Positions 14,843 through 28,200 of a stretch of DNA of 64,000 bases are shown here, in pieces. The position numbers were made by a program, and so were the translations under genes. Each line of letters begins with the position of its first letter. The first letter of the stretch is position 1. Source of the stretch: Paragordius varius (lineage: Eukaryota; Animalia; Nematomorpha); assembly GCA_964247055.1 (NCBI GenBank), contig OZ176053.1, positions 8,556,001 to 8,620,000 on the forward strand. The letters are read 5' to 3'. A model generated the notes under the pieces. The model was not told where the DNA came from. It made no database searches and saw only the letters and a list, made by a program, of their open reading frames with translations.

Positions 14843-15356
14843 TTAACATTTCGATTCAATTTAAGATATCAATATACCCCAGATATATTTGTTTAAATAT
14901 TTCTACAAAACTACTGAGGAACGACCCCAAATTAATGCTTCTGTCCTAATAAATTTATATAAATAAGCCTAAATATCTAAATTTAGTTTTGATTAAATTC
15001 CATAACAAGCTACTTGACACCATCTTTATTTTACAATTTTTTTGAAAAATATCGGGTTCATTTATTTTTAAGCTAAAATCAAAGGTAATTTTTTTGAATA
15101 ACATTTAGTATTAATAAAAAGAGAAAAATGGTTTAAGTTTGCTAATGCACACAAGTCACGTTGAAATTTTTACTTATGGGTTTTACTTTAAAATAGGTAA
15201 TATAATTTTGAATGAATTACTTATAATTTGTTTATAAATGTAAAAGTACAAATCCTTTGCCATGGTTTAATTCCTTCTTTGAATTATTTAATAAGGCCTG
15301 GGAAATATGCCAATTTGAATCGAAGGGCTAATGAATATGTTGTATTCAAGTGTTAA
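14843..15356. mobile_element. TTAA-flanked non-autonomous DNA element, copy 2
   Basis: TTAA|CATTTCGAT ... ATTCAAGTG|TTAA. Shares internal blocks (AACTACTGA, TAATGCTTCT.TCCTAATAAA, TTTGCCATGGTTT, AGGCCTGGG) with copy 1. Confidence 0.75.
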
Positions 15357-15678
15357 GAGAACAAGCCCATTTTGGATGAAAAAAATTAAGGATTTTCCGA
15401 GCCGTAGCCAGAGTTAAACTGCGAAAATATGCTTCAATTGAAAAAGATAGATTTATATAATTTTGAGAATCTTTATATATATATATATATGTTTAATCTA
15501 ATTTCATATTTTTACAGTATATAGATAAGTTTAGTGGCCGGACTATGTCATTGAAAGTTATATATTAGCGTTTAAATATATTGCGTTTAATTTATCGGCT
15601 ATTTTGTAATCATTTATATTTGTCAGCTGTTTTGCATAATGATATTAAATTGGATGTTTATTTAAATTTTTTCAGGTA

Positions 15679-17420
15679 ATGTGCCAGTTAGAAAAAGGGT
15701 CTAATATTATAATGGATCCATGTGGCCCATTAGATGTTAATTTTTCTCGTTCAGCCACAGGAATGATTCTTATTACGCAGATGGTTAGTTGTTAAATGAT
15801 TAATTTAAAATGTTTTTATTTTAAAGGATACTTATTTCATTTAAATTAAAAGTTTTTAATATTTAGCACTTTAAAAAATATAATGCTCAATTGCCTTATT
15901 CCCGTATCTATAGTTTTTATGGCATTACAGAGAAAAATGTTTTCTTCAATTACACCGATATCTATCTAATAATTCAGAATACATATTCATTCTAAAACTT
16001 TTTTGCTGATAGTTTGTCGCATTGTTAGCATTTTTAACGGTTGAATTCTCGACATGGTGCTTATTTTCTACAGGAGCCATGCGGACATTCACCTCACTCG
16101 CTTTCCTAGTGTTTTGGATCAATATGGTTTTTCTAGTCATATTTCTTTGCAAGGTCCCTTACAAAGTTACTTCCGTCAATTGGCTATTAATTGTAAGTTT
16201 CTTTTAACTGTTATAATATAATTAACTATATCAATTAATTACGAGGCGTTTTAATTGCAATCGTTTAATGGGCCCTTTAATTTTTAAATTCTAAATTTAA
16301 AAATTATTAACTAATTTATAGACGTTTCTTCAACAATTTTTATGTGCCCTCTTTACCATTGTCGCCATAATAGTTTTGGCTATCAATCCATGTACTATCG
16401 GACAAATGATTGGAGTGGTATGTATTTGTTTTTACGATAATACCATTTACTTGCACTATTTTAATTTATAATTTTGATTAAACACTTACTTTCCTTTAAT
16501 TATTATTTTTTAGTTTATTGCGGTTGTCCTTTTACTTTTTTACCTGCTTGGGGCTCTGTTAGTGTATCGTAATCTCACTCATCCTGACAGAGCGACCGAA
16601 CCAATGGACCCAGTAAATGCAAACTTACCAGAAGTCACCAATGTCCATAAAAGTATTAAGGATAGGATAAATCGAATAGCATCTCATGCGACCACGACCC
16701 CTCATCACAGTGATATTCAACAACATGTTGAAAGGCCTTACCCCGCTTCCTCAACGATTCCACCTCATCCCGCCTCTTTAGATGCCGATGGCCATATCAT
16801 TAATCCTAATACTTATTTTGTAAGCCCTGCGAATGTGAACGTTGACCCAAATGAACGACGCATAGAATATTATGGAGGTGATAAACCTCCAACGTATAGC
16901 TCCTCCACCAATTATATCCCACACAAAACTTTTGCCGGTGATGTGAAACCTATTGTACCGCCCCCACCCTCTTCGTCATCCACAACATTTTCTCAACAAC
17001 CGCTGTACGCTAATAATATGGCAGAATCTACGGTGGATCACAGCCATCCACCCAAACCTACCGGTCCTTATCATCCCCCTCCTGCAAACACCAATGTAAA
17101 CATTTATTGAAATATCATTTTACATTTACCCGTTTAAAAATTTTGTCCAGCTTGATTGTTTATAGTTTCCACATAGTGTGCTATAGAAAACCTAATGCTT
17201 TTTATTTTAGGTGGTGAAAAATGATTCCAATCCTACAGTTTTTGCTACTTCACTCGAAGAGCAATTAAATAGGAATGAAAAACAACCAAGTGATACTTCT
17301 TCCAGTGGTCCTCCACCCATATTCCTTAAAATGAATTACCCTCCACACCCTCCGCCCCCTTCTAGTGGAGATAGACCTCCGACACCTCCTTACAGAACTA
17401 CGATTCAAGCCGATACTTGA
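15679..17420 (+). CDS. MARVEL-like four-TM protein with long Pro-rich cytoplasmic tail
   Basis: Exons 15679-15783, 16013-16192, 16322-16417, 16514-approx 17094 and 17211-17420 join in phase 0. Four hydrophobic segments (MILITQMFVALLAFL; FTSLAFLVFWINMVFLVIFL; VNWLLITFLQQFLCALFTIVAIIVLA; MIGVFIAVVLLLFYLLGLCLVY) resemble the MARVEL pattern. The tail is Pro/Ser-rich. Confidence 0.7.
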
Positions 17421-18238
17421 AAATTATAAATCTAAATCTCTCACTGCTAGCAAAAAAACAGCATTATAAACAATTCATGTAAAAAAAGTATTTGCCTTAT
17501 CATACACAATATAATGAAAATATTCCAAAATTTACTACAGTTTTTTTATATTCTATATGATCGCGAAGAAGAAACTGTTATATTGATGCTCATGTGTCAT
17601 TTCAATTTATCATATATTAAATGACCTCTAAATATAAATCGCTTAACAAACGCGTCGATATATTTTGACTCTAAAAAAATTAGTGAATTAGTATTTCAAT
17701 GTCTGAACTTTATGAAAAGAAAATTATAAGTTAAAGTAAACCGAATAATCATTTTTCTTCCGATATATTATTTCTATTTAAATACGATTTTTATTTAACC
17801 TTAATATGTTATATAAAATATTATATACATCGACTTGCATAAAAATACCCTGGAGCGGTTTTATTTTTCGTACATTATTATATAAACAACATTTGTTCAA
17901 TTTGCAATATTTCTCTATAGTTTGATCAATAAGGCAATATCAATATTTTTTAATCATTATTTTTATATATGCGAGAAAAAAACGGGAAAACGTAAAATAT
18001 TTTGATAAAACAAAAACTTGTCATTTTATTTATTTAAAATAATTTTAAACACCTATGTGACAATAATGCAAACTATATTATGATATATTTTTATTATTAT
18101 TGGATATAAAAATATTTTTTTTGCTAATTTTTACAATCAAAATTAACAGTTTTTTTATTTTATACTCGCAATACATCTACATTTTTCATTTGATCCATAT
18201 ATACATATAATTTATTTGTATAGCAATCATATTTCACA

Positions 18239-18283
<45 letters not shown>

Positions 18284-21125
18284 TATAAAATATAGGACAA
18301 AGAGTAACTCTATACTTTAAGAAATAAATGAATATATATATTTATATATATTATATTATATATAATCTTTATTTGAGGTTTAAATGGCTGTAATAGTTAA
18401 ATTCTCATAAATTTATTGAAAACTGAGCTATATCCAAAATTTTCTATGCAAAAATATTAATTATATGAAATTATTTATTGATAAATGCTTAACACATAAA
18501 ATTGAAAAAATTATTTAACATTTAAAAAAATTAAATTTTAATTTTCAAGGTTACAAAGCGCAAAAAAATTTCAATGCCGTTGTACTTTTATAATAACTAA
18601 TGGATTTAAATAAATATATAATATGATAAAGTATGCGAAAAGATGGTCGGTCACATTTAATATTTTTAAAGTTTTAATTTATAAAGAGAGTCTTTCCTAA
18701 CCTTGATTTAATCACAAATTTTTATGCTCTAACATATTTTATTTTACAAAATAATTTAATTAAAATAATTTTTCATAATTAACAAATTATGATATTTATT
18801 TTTCGGAGACAGAGAGAAGATAGATATGAAATCAATAAATTACATTAATAAGTATAATGCGACTTTCTTTTATCATTTTAACATAAATTTATTAATATTC
18901 TCAAATATTAATAAATATGAGATATCATGCATTTTATCTCACATTAATTTGGCTATTAATGCATTCGATAACTGGTTAAAAAAATATATTTTTTAAACGA
19001 AAATTTGGGAACTAATTTGTTTTGGTATCGATAGAGATAAATAATTAAATATATTAAAATGTTGTAAAATCTGGACTGAAACGACACATAAAATAAAACA
19101 TGATCACACTATCACATTATTACATAAATATTTTTACAGCCGGCAATTTTGGAGCCACAATTTTATATTGATTTTTACATTACACTACACTGTGATATAT
19201 AATTAATTATGTGTGGAAAAATTGAAATCAAATTTTGCGCTTGCCCGTAAATTTTCCACCTTTGAAAAGTTATAAAAGAAATTGATTCGTAAATGAAGAT
19301 GAATACTATTTATTTATCTATTACGCTTTTGCGTCAACATAACTCGCATATCCCAAATAGATAGTGATAATGCCTGCTTAATTCAGGGACCGATTTCGAG
19401 ATTGGACATCGACATTTAATCGCATTTTTTTATAATATTTTTAGACAAGCTTATTGGTTGTATAAATTTAAATATTTTACCCTTTTCTTTTTTTGAAATA
19501 GCGTTTTTTTCATATTAAATGGGTTAATAAACGCATTAAGATTTATACAATAAAACTTGCGTCATTGGTGTTTTGATATTAATATTGAGAGATTATCCAA
19601 ATTTAAATTATTTTTATTTTACATAATGACTTCACCTACTTATTATGACCTTATGTGGTGCACGTGTATACAATTTTTCAAAATTTTGGTATCTAGCAGA
19701 TAATTACATAATATTTTATGTAAAAACTACTTTACTTAAATCAAATTTTGGCTTTTGTTGAATATTATTCTAAATTAGAAGCAAACGCATTTTTTAAAGC
19801 TTTATATTTGTAGAAACATCTTCTACATAGATTAATCGAATTTTTTATCTGGTAAATTTAAAAGCGTGTTCGCCAAGATTAAAATGTATATGGTTTTTTA
19901 AAAAAATAAGTAAATTTGGTGGCGGAACATTTTTATGTAAAGGATACTTTCTACAATAATTTAAAACGTTTTAAATTTTATGCATGCTTTAAAAAAACCT
20001 CCTAATGCGATTTTTTTGTTAAGTTTGATTATTACAGCAAATTATGCTTGTTAAAATAATTTTTGTGATAATCTTGTATATTTTTATCCATCTCTACGAG
20101 TCTCATAAATGGGTAGCAAAAACTGAATTTTTACCTATTATCATATGATTTATTTCTTAATGGCCGTAAACCCCAAAGCTAAAAGCACCATAACACATTG
20201 TTATAGTTTGTAATTTCCAAAAACATTCACTTTCCAGTTATTAATTTGACATTGCACATCCATAAAATCTATATTAGTTTGTGATTGAATAATATAGATC
20301 CCTGTATTCACACAAACTGGAGAAGGGTAACTTTTTCAAACATATTTGTTTCGTACCATCCTTTATCCTGTAAATGACTCTCTTTATTTCAAAATAAATC
20401 GGTTATTATGTCTCACTCATTTGGATTTGTTTGCTAGCAGATTATTTGGCCATTCTTATTGCTCGAATTCAAACCTAACAAGTTAATATATCTCCTGACC
20501 TTAATTCATTGATTGATATTTAATATCCATCAACTAGCAATCCCAAAAACTCTGAAAAAAAAAATTACTCTGATCCCCAAAGTTTGCTTGTTTTGGTTGC
20601 CTTTTCTTTCTCCATTTATATTATTAACTAAAATCAATTTAATCACTCTAGGAAGTTATAAAAGCGAAGACAACATCTACCACGTACCACCACACAATGG
20701 ACAAATAAGAATACTTCACCGCAACACCGACCAATATCATTAAATAATTTTTTTATTTGAAAAAATTATAAGAGAGCACAATTTTTGTTAATGCGTAAAA
20801 AGGTACATAGGAGTATTTTTATAAACCCAATTTTAAAAATTTTGAACCGAATATAACTCTTATCATATGGTAAACGTTTATTAGTTTTCTAGATAGTTTG
20901 AGCTAGCATGTTGATATTGGCACAACGAATTTAGTTTGTTCTTAAATGTATTGCTTTAAGGTCAAATGAATTTAAAAGAATCAATTATGCATGTGGTATT
21001 ATTTGTCGCTTTTTCAAAATTTACCTTCATCGTTAGATAATTTAGCCGGAGTTACATTCTATACATTTAAAAAACAGACATTTATTGCTTAAAGCTGACT
21101 TTGAATTAATACTTAACCTCTAAGG

Positions 21126-21370
21126 CAGGGGTGTCCAACACAAATGGCTTGGCGGGCCGCATTCACAAAATACATGGGCAATTATCAAATATTATAGATT
21201 TTAAACATAACATTGTAAAAACAACTATTTATTTTAACACTTTATGCTAGGTCATTAATTCGGAAGAAAATTTTTTTAAGAAAATCATTTCATTTAAATT
21301 ACGTAAATTTTTTTATTTGAAATTTCTCGCAGGCTGCAGAAATATTAGAAGGCCGCGTATGAACTGCTTT
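21126..21370. mobile_element. hAT-type MITE (right end degraded)
   Basis: Left end CAGGGGTGTCCAACACAAATGGCTTGGCGGGCCGC. Confidence 0.6.
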
Positions 21371-21593
21371 AAAGCTAAAAGCCAAATCTATATAAAAGCT
21401 GTTTATTTTCAGTTCAAGGGTGTCATCACAATTTACCTATATATTGATGACATTGAAGTTGGTGTCTGGCGCAATAATTTTACCGATCTTAAGCGTTCTC
21501 TTTTATTGCTTTATTTCATTAACAAAACAACTTAGGGCACTCATGTAAGACCGCAATTGTATGCTATCTGACACGCACAAAATTGTTATTGGG

Positions 21594-21832
21594 CAGAGGC
21601 GTAGCTTAAATTTCTGGTGCCCGGTGCCTGAATCCATGATGGCGTCCCCTCCCCCTCCATGCGACCCCTTGCATTCAAATAAAATAATAAAATTGTCATG
21701 ACCACTCATATTGCGTGATTTTTTATGTATTAAATGTAAATAACTATTTTTTTAAAATAAAATAAAAAAATTTAAAATCTGGCGCCCCCGCTCAGTGCAT
21801 CAGCCCCCTTCCCCCCTCTAGCTACGCCTCTG
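21594..21832. mobile_element. GC-rich MITE with perfect 13-bp TIRs
   Basis: CAGAGGCGTAGCT (21594-21606) and AGCTACGCCTCTG (21820-21832). No clear TSD. Confidence 0.8.
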
Positions 21833-22289
21833 ATCGCAGGGGCCTAATGAAAAATATAAGTGATTTACCTTAAAACTCAAGGTACGGGTGGAAATCATTT
21901 TTATTAACTTGATCATATAATGATACTTGTTTAGATGGCTAAACCTTTGTGAGGCATTAGTTTGCATAAAAATAGCGATATGTAAAGAGAGGAACCGGCT
22001 AACCTCTTTAGGCGGGAGGTTAATTTAACCTTTATAGCGGCCCAGAAGTTCATCAAAAATGGTAAAAAAAATGATATTGCTTGATAATGTTGTGGATGTT
22101 ATGCATTGACTATAATATTTTAAAGTTTCTGAAAATTATTTATTTATCTCCTAAATTTTTTCCATTTTAAGAATTGTAAAATAAGTTTTCTTAGTTCTAT
22201 ATAATATTATTTAATATTGCATATTTTAGTCACATTGGAAGACATTCAGCTTGACATAGGCACTCTTTCAAATTTGGTTTTTACATGTT

Positions 22290-22550
22290 TTCACTCGTGC
22301 GATCGGTCATGTGAGACAACCTGTCTCGCCATAAAACTTTACCTATAGCGTCTTCTGCTTTTAGCTAGCTCTCTTTTTTTTGTGTCCCATCCATCTTGTT
22401 TTGGGCCGCCCACGTCTTCGTTTTCCTTCAATTAATCACTCTCTATTGTTTTTGAATATAATTAGAGTCTCCTTTCGATGTGCAACCAACCTAGCCTATT
22501 TGTCATTATTTCCGCTACTGGTTTAAAATCTGTGCTCCCACGAATATATA
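22290..22550 (-). mobile_element. RTE LINE 3' remnant
   Basis: Minus strand reads RRRGRPKTRW-like and ELAKSR-like C-terminal RTE motifs, with stops and frameshifts. Confidence 0.6.
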
Positions 22551-24664
22551 ATTTTTTAAACCTCACCTTTCAAATTAGTCCCTGTAATTAGCTGCAAAAT
22601 CACGTTTTTTGCAGAATATATTTCTAAAAAATCGTGGTTACGGAGCTTTATTATAGGGTAAAAATTATTGCTGAGCGCTTTAGATGCATAAAAACACCAA
22701 ATAAAGATACCATGTAAAATACATATCTGGGATTTGTAACTCATACTCTTTCTTTATGAATGGGAATATTATTAAGGGGCAGTTTTAATATGAAAAATTT
22801 TGGTTCTTATGAAACCATACCCGTAAAACAGTTAAAGACAGTCTAATTACTGAGAGATGGATTTAATTTAGTTTTTCTCGTCCATTTTTAATTAATGCAA
22901 AAATTTGATGAGGATAATTATCGGTGAGACATGTCCTTGAAGTGTCACAGGGTTAGCTAGATATAATTTTTAATCTTTCAAGATTAAAATTCGAACAAAT
23001 TAGGCGTTTTATCACAAATACTTTTTAATGTCATAATTTACCATATTCTAAAAATGCTTTATCGGAAAATCTCGGATTTTGCGTGTATTTTTAAAAAACT
23101 TGTCCAATTTAGGAGAGGCTATAAATATGAGACTTTCTGAGCTCTTATTTAAAAATAATTTGATAATATTATTTTGCTTTTTGAATATAGTTTATGATAC
23201 ATTTTAATGATATATTTGGATTGGAGCAATTATTTACCCAAAAATTTTCTTCAGCATACTGTGCTTAAATTTTGCGACTTGCATGAATCATTTACCAAAA
23301 AGAGATAATATAGTTTTGAATGACTAAACAGGATATACTCCCCTATGATTATGTGCACGGTGTTGCAAGGGATATTTATCGATATTTTTGGACAATTTTT
23401 CCCTGATTGAATAGATGATATTACTATGGCATTTTTCTTTTGAAACAAGCGGAATGCATTTTTCGAGAAATTTCGCAAGTGCATTCATTTTTTCCTGGAA
23501 TCAACGTCGAACATTAAAAAAGGTTTTGGGTAACATAGCATTTTATTGGTTGATTTCTTCAAAATAGGTTGATTTTTCAAAGATTTCATTTATGTCTAAA
23601 ATGAGATAGATTATCATATTTCATTCTTTATTTCGCTTCGTAGTGGTGAGGCGAATTAATTTATTTAAACATACCTGTTAAGATTTGCATATTATGCATA
23701 ATACATTAGAAATATTTTTAAAATAATAAGAATTAGAAGTGTTTTAAATTTGCAGTTTTCTTCCTATTATTTTGTTTTGGCACTTTCCCCAATTTTCATA
23801 GATAGCCATTATTAAATTAAGACCCATAATCAGTATATTTGACCAAAACAACGCTATTATTTAAATACCATTTCACATAAATGAGGATTTTATGCAAAAA
23901 ATTAAGTTTCATATTTTGTTTTTGATGAACCACATTACAATATAAAGCTCTAAATTAATTTTTAAAATTTTTTTAGAAACTCTAAAGGCCGTGGCAACCA
24001 GGCGAAGCTTTGATGTAAAATGTCTTTTACAGAAATGAATTACGATATTCCCCCACTTATTCTTGCATGTTTGTATCATAGTTCCATAATTGTTTATATA
24101 TTATAGAGTTTGGTCAGATATAAAAAATATATCAAGTTTAAAAACGATTTATTAACTCTCTATTACCTTTTGTGATAGTTTTATATCCTAGAGCGATTTG
24201 AAACTTGAATATATTAAATAGAAGGTATTAAGTCGGATTTAATAACATGCTTTCCTTATCATTTTGGACGTAATATGCAAATTTTTTGTAATAACGTAGA
24301 CTTTTTTGCTGCCATTTTTAGACTCGAGATGTCCTCTGTAAAAAATATAAGCCTTTTTAATTTATACATGAGAGCAATATTTGATATATTAATATCTAAA
24401 AAAACTTTAATAGTTTATTTACAAAATTGAGCTCTAAATAAAACATTTACCATAATATTTATTACTATTTTAATGCCTATAGCCGTTAGTTTAAAGTATT
24501 TATATTATTTACTATAAAAATAAGTATAATAATTCTTATAATAATTTTGTCAAAATTCACTCCATCGGTAAATTATGAATATATTTTTGCGATAGTCGTT
24601 CTAAAATACATGGTTAAGAACATTTTATTGTTCGTTTTGTTATATTCATCTGTTTCCTTAGACG

Positions 24665-25204
24665 ATGAAGTTTTACCAAAATTTAATTTTAGGATTGATT
24701 TGTGTGCTTTTAGCGGCTTCAAAATATATCCAGGCCACGGTAAAAGAATTGTCAAAGTCGATGGCAAAGTAATTTTTTATTGATATATAAGGTTCATCCA
24801 TTTATCAATAATAAAGCTGCTGCGATGCATTTGAATAAAACAAATCCTCGTAAAGTTCATTGGACTGTTTTGTATCGTCGAAAGCATAAAAAGGGATTGC
24901 AAGAAGAAACTACTAAAAAACGCACTAGGAAAGTTACTAAATTTCAACGAGCCATTGTTGGTGCCTCATTAACCGAAATTATGGCTAGACGCAATCAAAA
25001 ACCTGAAATACGTAGAGCTCAAAGGGAACAAGCTATTAAGTTATATATTATTAGTAATTATAGAGCTGCCAAAGAAAAAGTTCAGAAAGTTAAAAAACCA
25101 GTAGTTAAGGTACATTAAATTATATATATTTTTAGGAAAAATCAAAAGTGAAAGCTACTCAGAAGGTTATGAAACAAGCACCAAGAGTTGGGGGGAAACG
25201 ATAA
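24665..25204 (+). CDS. RPL24: 60S ribosomal protein L24 (eL24), 5 exons
   Basis: Spliced translation [31 protein letters not shown]...[18 protein letters not shown]...[10 protein letters not shown]...REQAIKAAKE...[12 protein letters not shown] introns at 24670-24692 (23 nt), 24769-24791 (23), 25040-25063 (24) and 25110-25135 (26) restore the frame. Confidence 0.97.
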
Positions 25205-25242
25205 ATTTTCTAAAAAAATAAATTATTTTCTTTCATTCATAA

Positions 25243-28200
25243 ATGAACATTGTTTTATTGTTTACCATTGTTAGTGTTGGGTATTGTTCCTTATCTAATT
25301 TTGTTGCTAAATATATTTATTGGCAAAATGTTTCATATACATTTAATTCTAAGTTTCATGGTTGTCAAGTATGTTTTTAAACTTTACAAACAGGTCAATC
25401 ATACTAATAATATATCTATATTTAAGTGTAATAATGTGAATTTTTTCACTCGATCTGTGTATGAATTTTTACGCGTTTGTTGCGGTAGTTCTTTTTCATG
25501 GTCAGGGAATTTAAATCATCTTCCCCAAAACTCAAACAATTTTTTTTTCGCTCTAACTTCACGCAAAGAGTTAAAATTTTGGTTAATTTTAGCGTTCAAT
25601 TTTATGGGAATCCGTGTACATTTAGTTACTCATATGCTTTCTGGGGTTGGAAGCATTGGAAAAGGGAATTGGATTGGATGGCCCTTCAAGGCATTAATAT
25701 GGCTCTGGCTTATACCGGTTATGAAATGATATTGCTTAAGGTTAAACAATTGAAAAATATTTTCCTATTAAAGCTAAACATAAAATTAAAATGACATTGG
25801 AATTAGTTTGGTGGATCAACCAATAAATATATAGTCGGGTTTTCTAAAAAAATTACTTAAAAAAACCACAAAATATGAATTAGAAAAGGGTAAATTTTCG
25901 TATGAATGTTGAATATACACGGTACGCCAAATGAATGTCTATAAACTTTGTATTATTTAAGCCTGATTATAATAAATTTGTATTTTAAAAATTGAGGCGA
26001 GAATTGGAAAAATTTAATCTTTTTATGTTAGGCAAAAAGTCGAATAAAATACAGTGATAAACGCGTTAACTACATTTTATTTTATCTTTATATGTATCAT
26101 AATTTTAATCAACAATCCGGTACAAAGCGAATGATTTTCCGATCTAGTGAAAACCTAAATGTTTAAAATGTATAGGGTCAATCTGAATGCGGGAAGGCAA
26201 AATTGATCGGTAAAGAGTTTAATAGTAAAAAAATAATAAGTCCCGTGCTAAACTTTATTTAAACCAATTTTTGGTTTTTTAAATTATACACCGTTATGTT
26301 TGCTTTTTGGAAGGTGTCATTCTTGGTTGTTTAAAACGGTGTTTCAAAATTGATTTAAAACACGGAAATAATTTAATTAGCAAATTTATCTGACTAAAAC
26401 CGGATTTATACGCCTAAAATCGGGTTTGGATATCAGCCTAAAGCCGCCACTCCTCTAATATCCAATCGGTTTACGTTTTTATTGTTTAAATTTTTAATCC
26501 CTAACATTTACTTCAAGAAATTAAAAATTCTAGCAAAATATTTCTGTTTTGCTGTATTACAAGTTATATATGGCAAATTTTGGGTTTGTCTAAGCACTGT
26601 TTTTTTCAATAATGTCCAAGAACCTCTTATTTGTTTTAATAATTTATAACGATTTGCGATTCTTATATATATTCAGTTATTTAAACCATGGTTCACGGCC
26701 GCATGGGAGTAGAAATGCTTTTTTATGGATTTTTTTGATATACTGATTTGGAATATAAGTATTTGCAAACGGGGAAAATATTTATCCACTGCACGCCCTT
26801 AAGAGACAAGAAAAATATTTTTTTCAACCCTTTAATTTTTTTGGTGAGTACCACTGTGATTGTTTTATTGAATCGGTCTAAATTATCAATATTTAAAAAA
26901 AATTATTGAATAATGCAGACTATTATTTATTCCGATACAAAAAACAAATAGGCTGATATTTTTATATTTAATAATTTAATGATCATTCAAATATAAAATA
27001 TATTTTAAAGGTTTAACTGAGTAAGTATTTAAATACCGACATAAAAATAGCTCTCATCACCTAATTAATATTCAGAAAAGTATTTTCAATGAAAGTTAAC
27101 ATCCCCCAAAAATCTATTTATCCGAATTTTCCTTTTAATCTATAGAATTTGGAATAGATAATAATTGTCTTTTGAAGTGATCAATAATGTAGCATCTTTC
27201 AAGTTAGATATATTTTTATTATAAACCTTAGGGTTTAATTATATCATACATTTTTATAATTATTTATTAATTATCTGTTAGACCTTCTTACGCCTTGGTC
27301 TGGCTGAGGATGATATATACGACTTCTTTTCTGGCCCATCGTATTTGGCTTGGAATAGAATGGGAAACCTACGCTCTTTGGGTTTAAATTTTAAGCATTC
27401 TTCGATAAAAGATAGCATAAAGATTTGGTTTTTGGAACAGAGTAAACTTCAAACCCAAATTTTGCAATATATGCGCACTTTAAACATAACAGCTGTAATG
27501 CCAGGCTTTCCAGGATTCGTTCCGTATCTGTTATTTCGTAAAATGTATCCAATGAACAAAATAATCCAAACATGTAAATATATAAAATTTCTTTGTTTGA
27601 TTAAAAGACAACTCAATTTAGTGAGTATGACAAAACAAAAAGAAAATTTTCTATCATTAATTTATGTATGAGTCTATTACAAATTCCAAATCTTAAAATT
27701 CGGTCGACTAAAAAATACTAATCCAGAAAAGTTCTTATAACCAAGAATCTTTACGTATCAAATTTACTCCGGTTCCATATTAATTCTGTTAAGTTATTTA
27801 GAAAAATTTTAAATTTATATACATCATTAAAATTGAAGAAATTCTATAATTTATTTAAGTATCATTATCTTGTGTATTTTTAACAAATAGCGGCTTGGGT
27901 TCATTTGAATTCCAGTTACTGTTGTGTGGGCTTCATTTATCCATCAGATCCATTATACCATAAAATCAATGAGATATACCATCAAGAGCTGACCAAATTA
28001 TACGGCTGGCACGAATACTTTATCATAGATTCGTTCAATGAAAACGCATTCAATTTCAGGTATTTTGGAATATATAGCGTACTTAAATTGTGTTGCCTTA
28101 TCGTAAGATATGTGTTTTAGCGATTATTAATATTAAACATTAAACATCCTGGTCAAACATATATTAATATGAATTTTAAAAACTAAACTAGTAATTCAGA

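Noticed and set aside
20280-20745. GC-enriched coding-like island
   Set aside because: No splice model on either strand avoided stops, and no family motif was recognised; probably a decayed TE or pseudogene.
22556-23500. Exon-like minus-strand ORFs (22744-22560 with a GTGAG donor; approx 23490-23340)
   Set aside because: Could not be linked to further exons and showed no recognisable homology; left uncalled.
24650-24665. AG sites just before the ATGs of RPL24, the MARVEL-like gene and HOOK as spliced-leader acceptors
   Set aside because: Absent before NAGLU, CIAO2B and SNAPC3, and common by chance; needs 5' cDNA data.
24573-24767. Antisense or shadow ORFs (also 15946-16152, 27391-27573, 34469-34660, 42145-42348, 45144-45537, 48701-48889, 52972-53232)
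   Set aside because: They lie opposite real exons or RT fragments and have no independent motifs.
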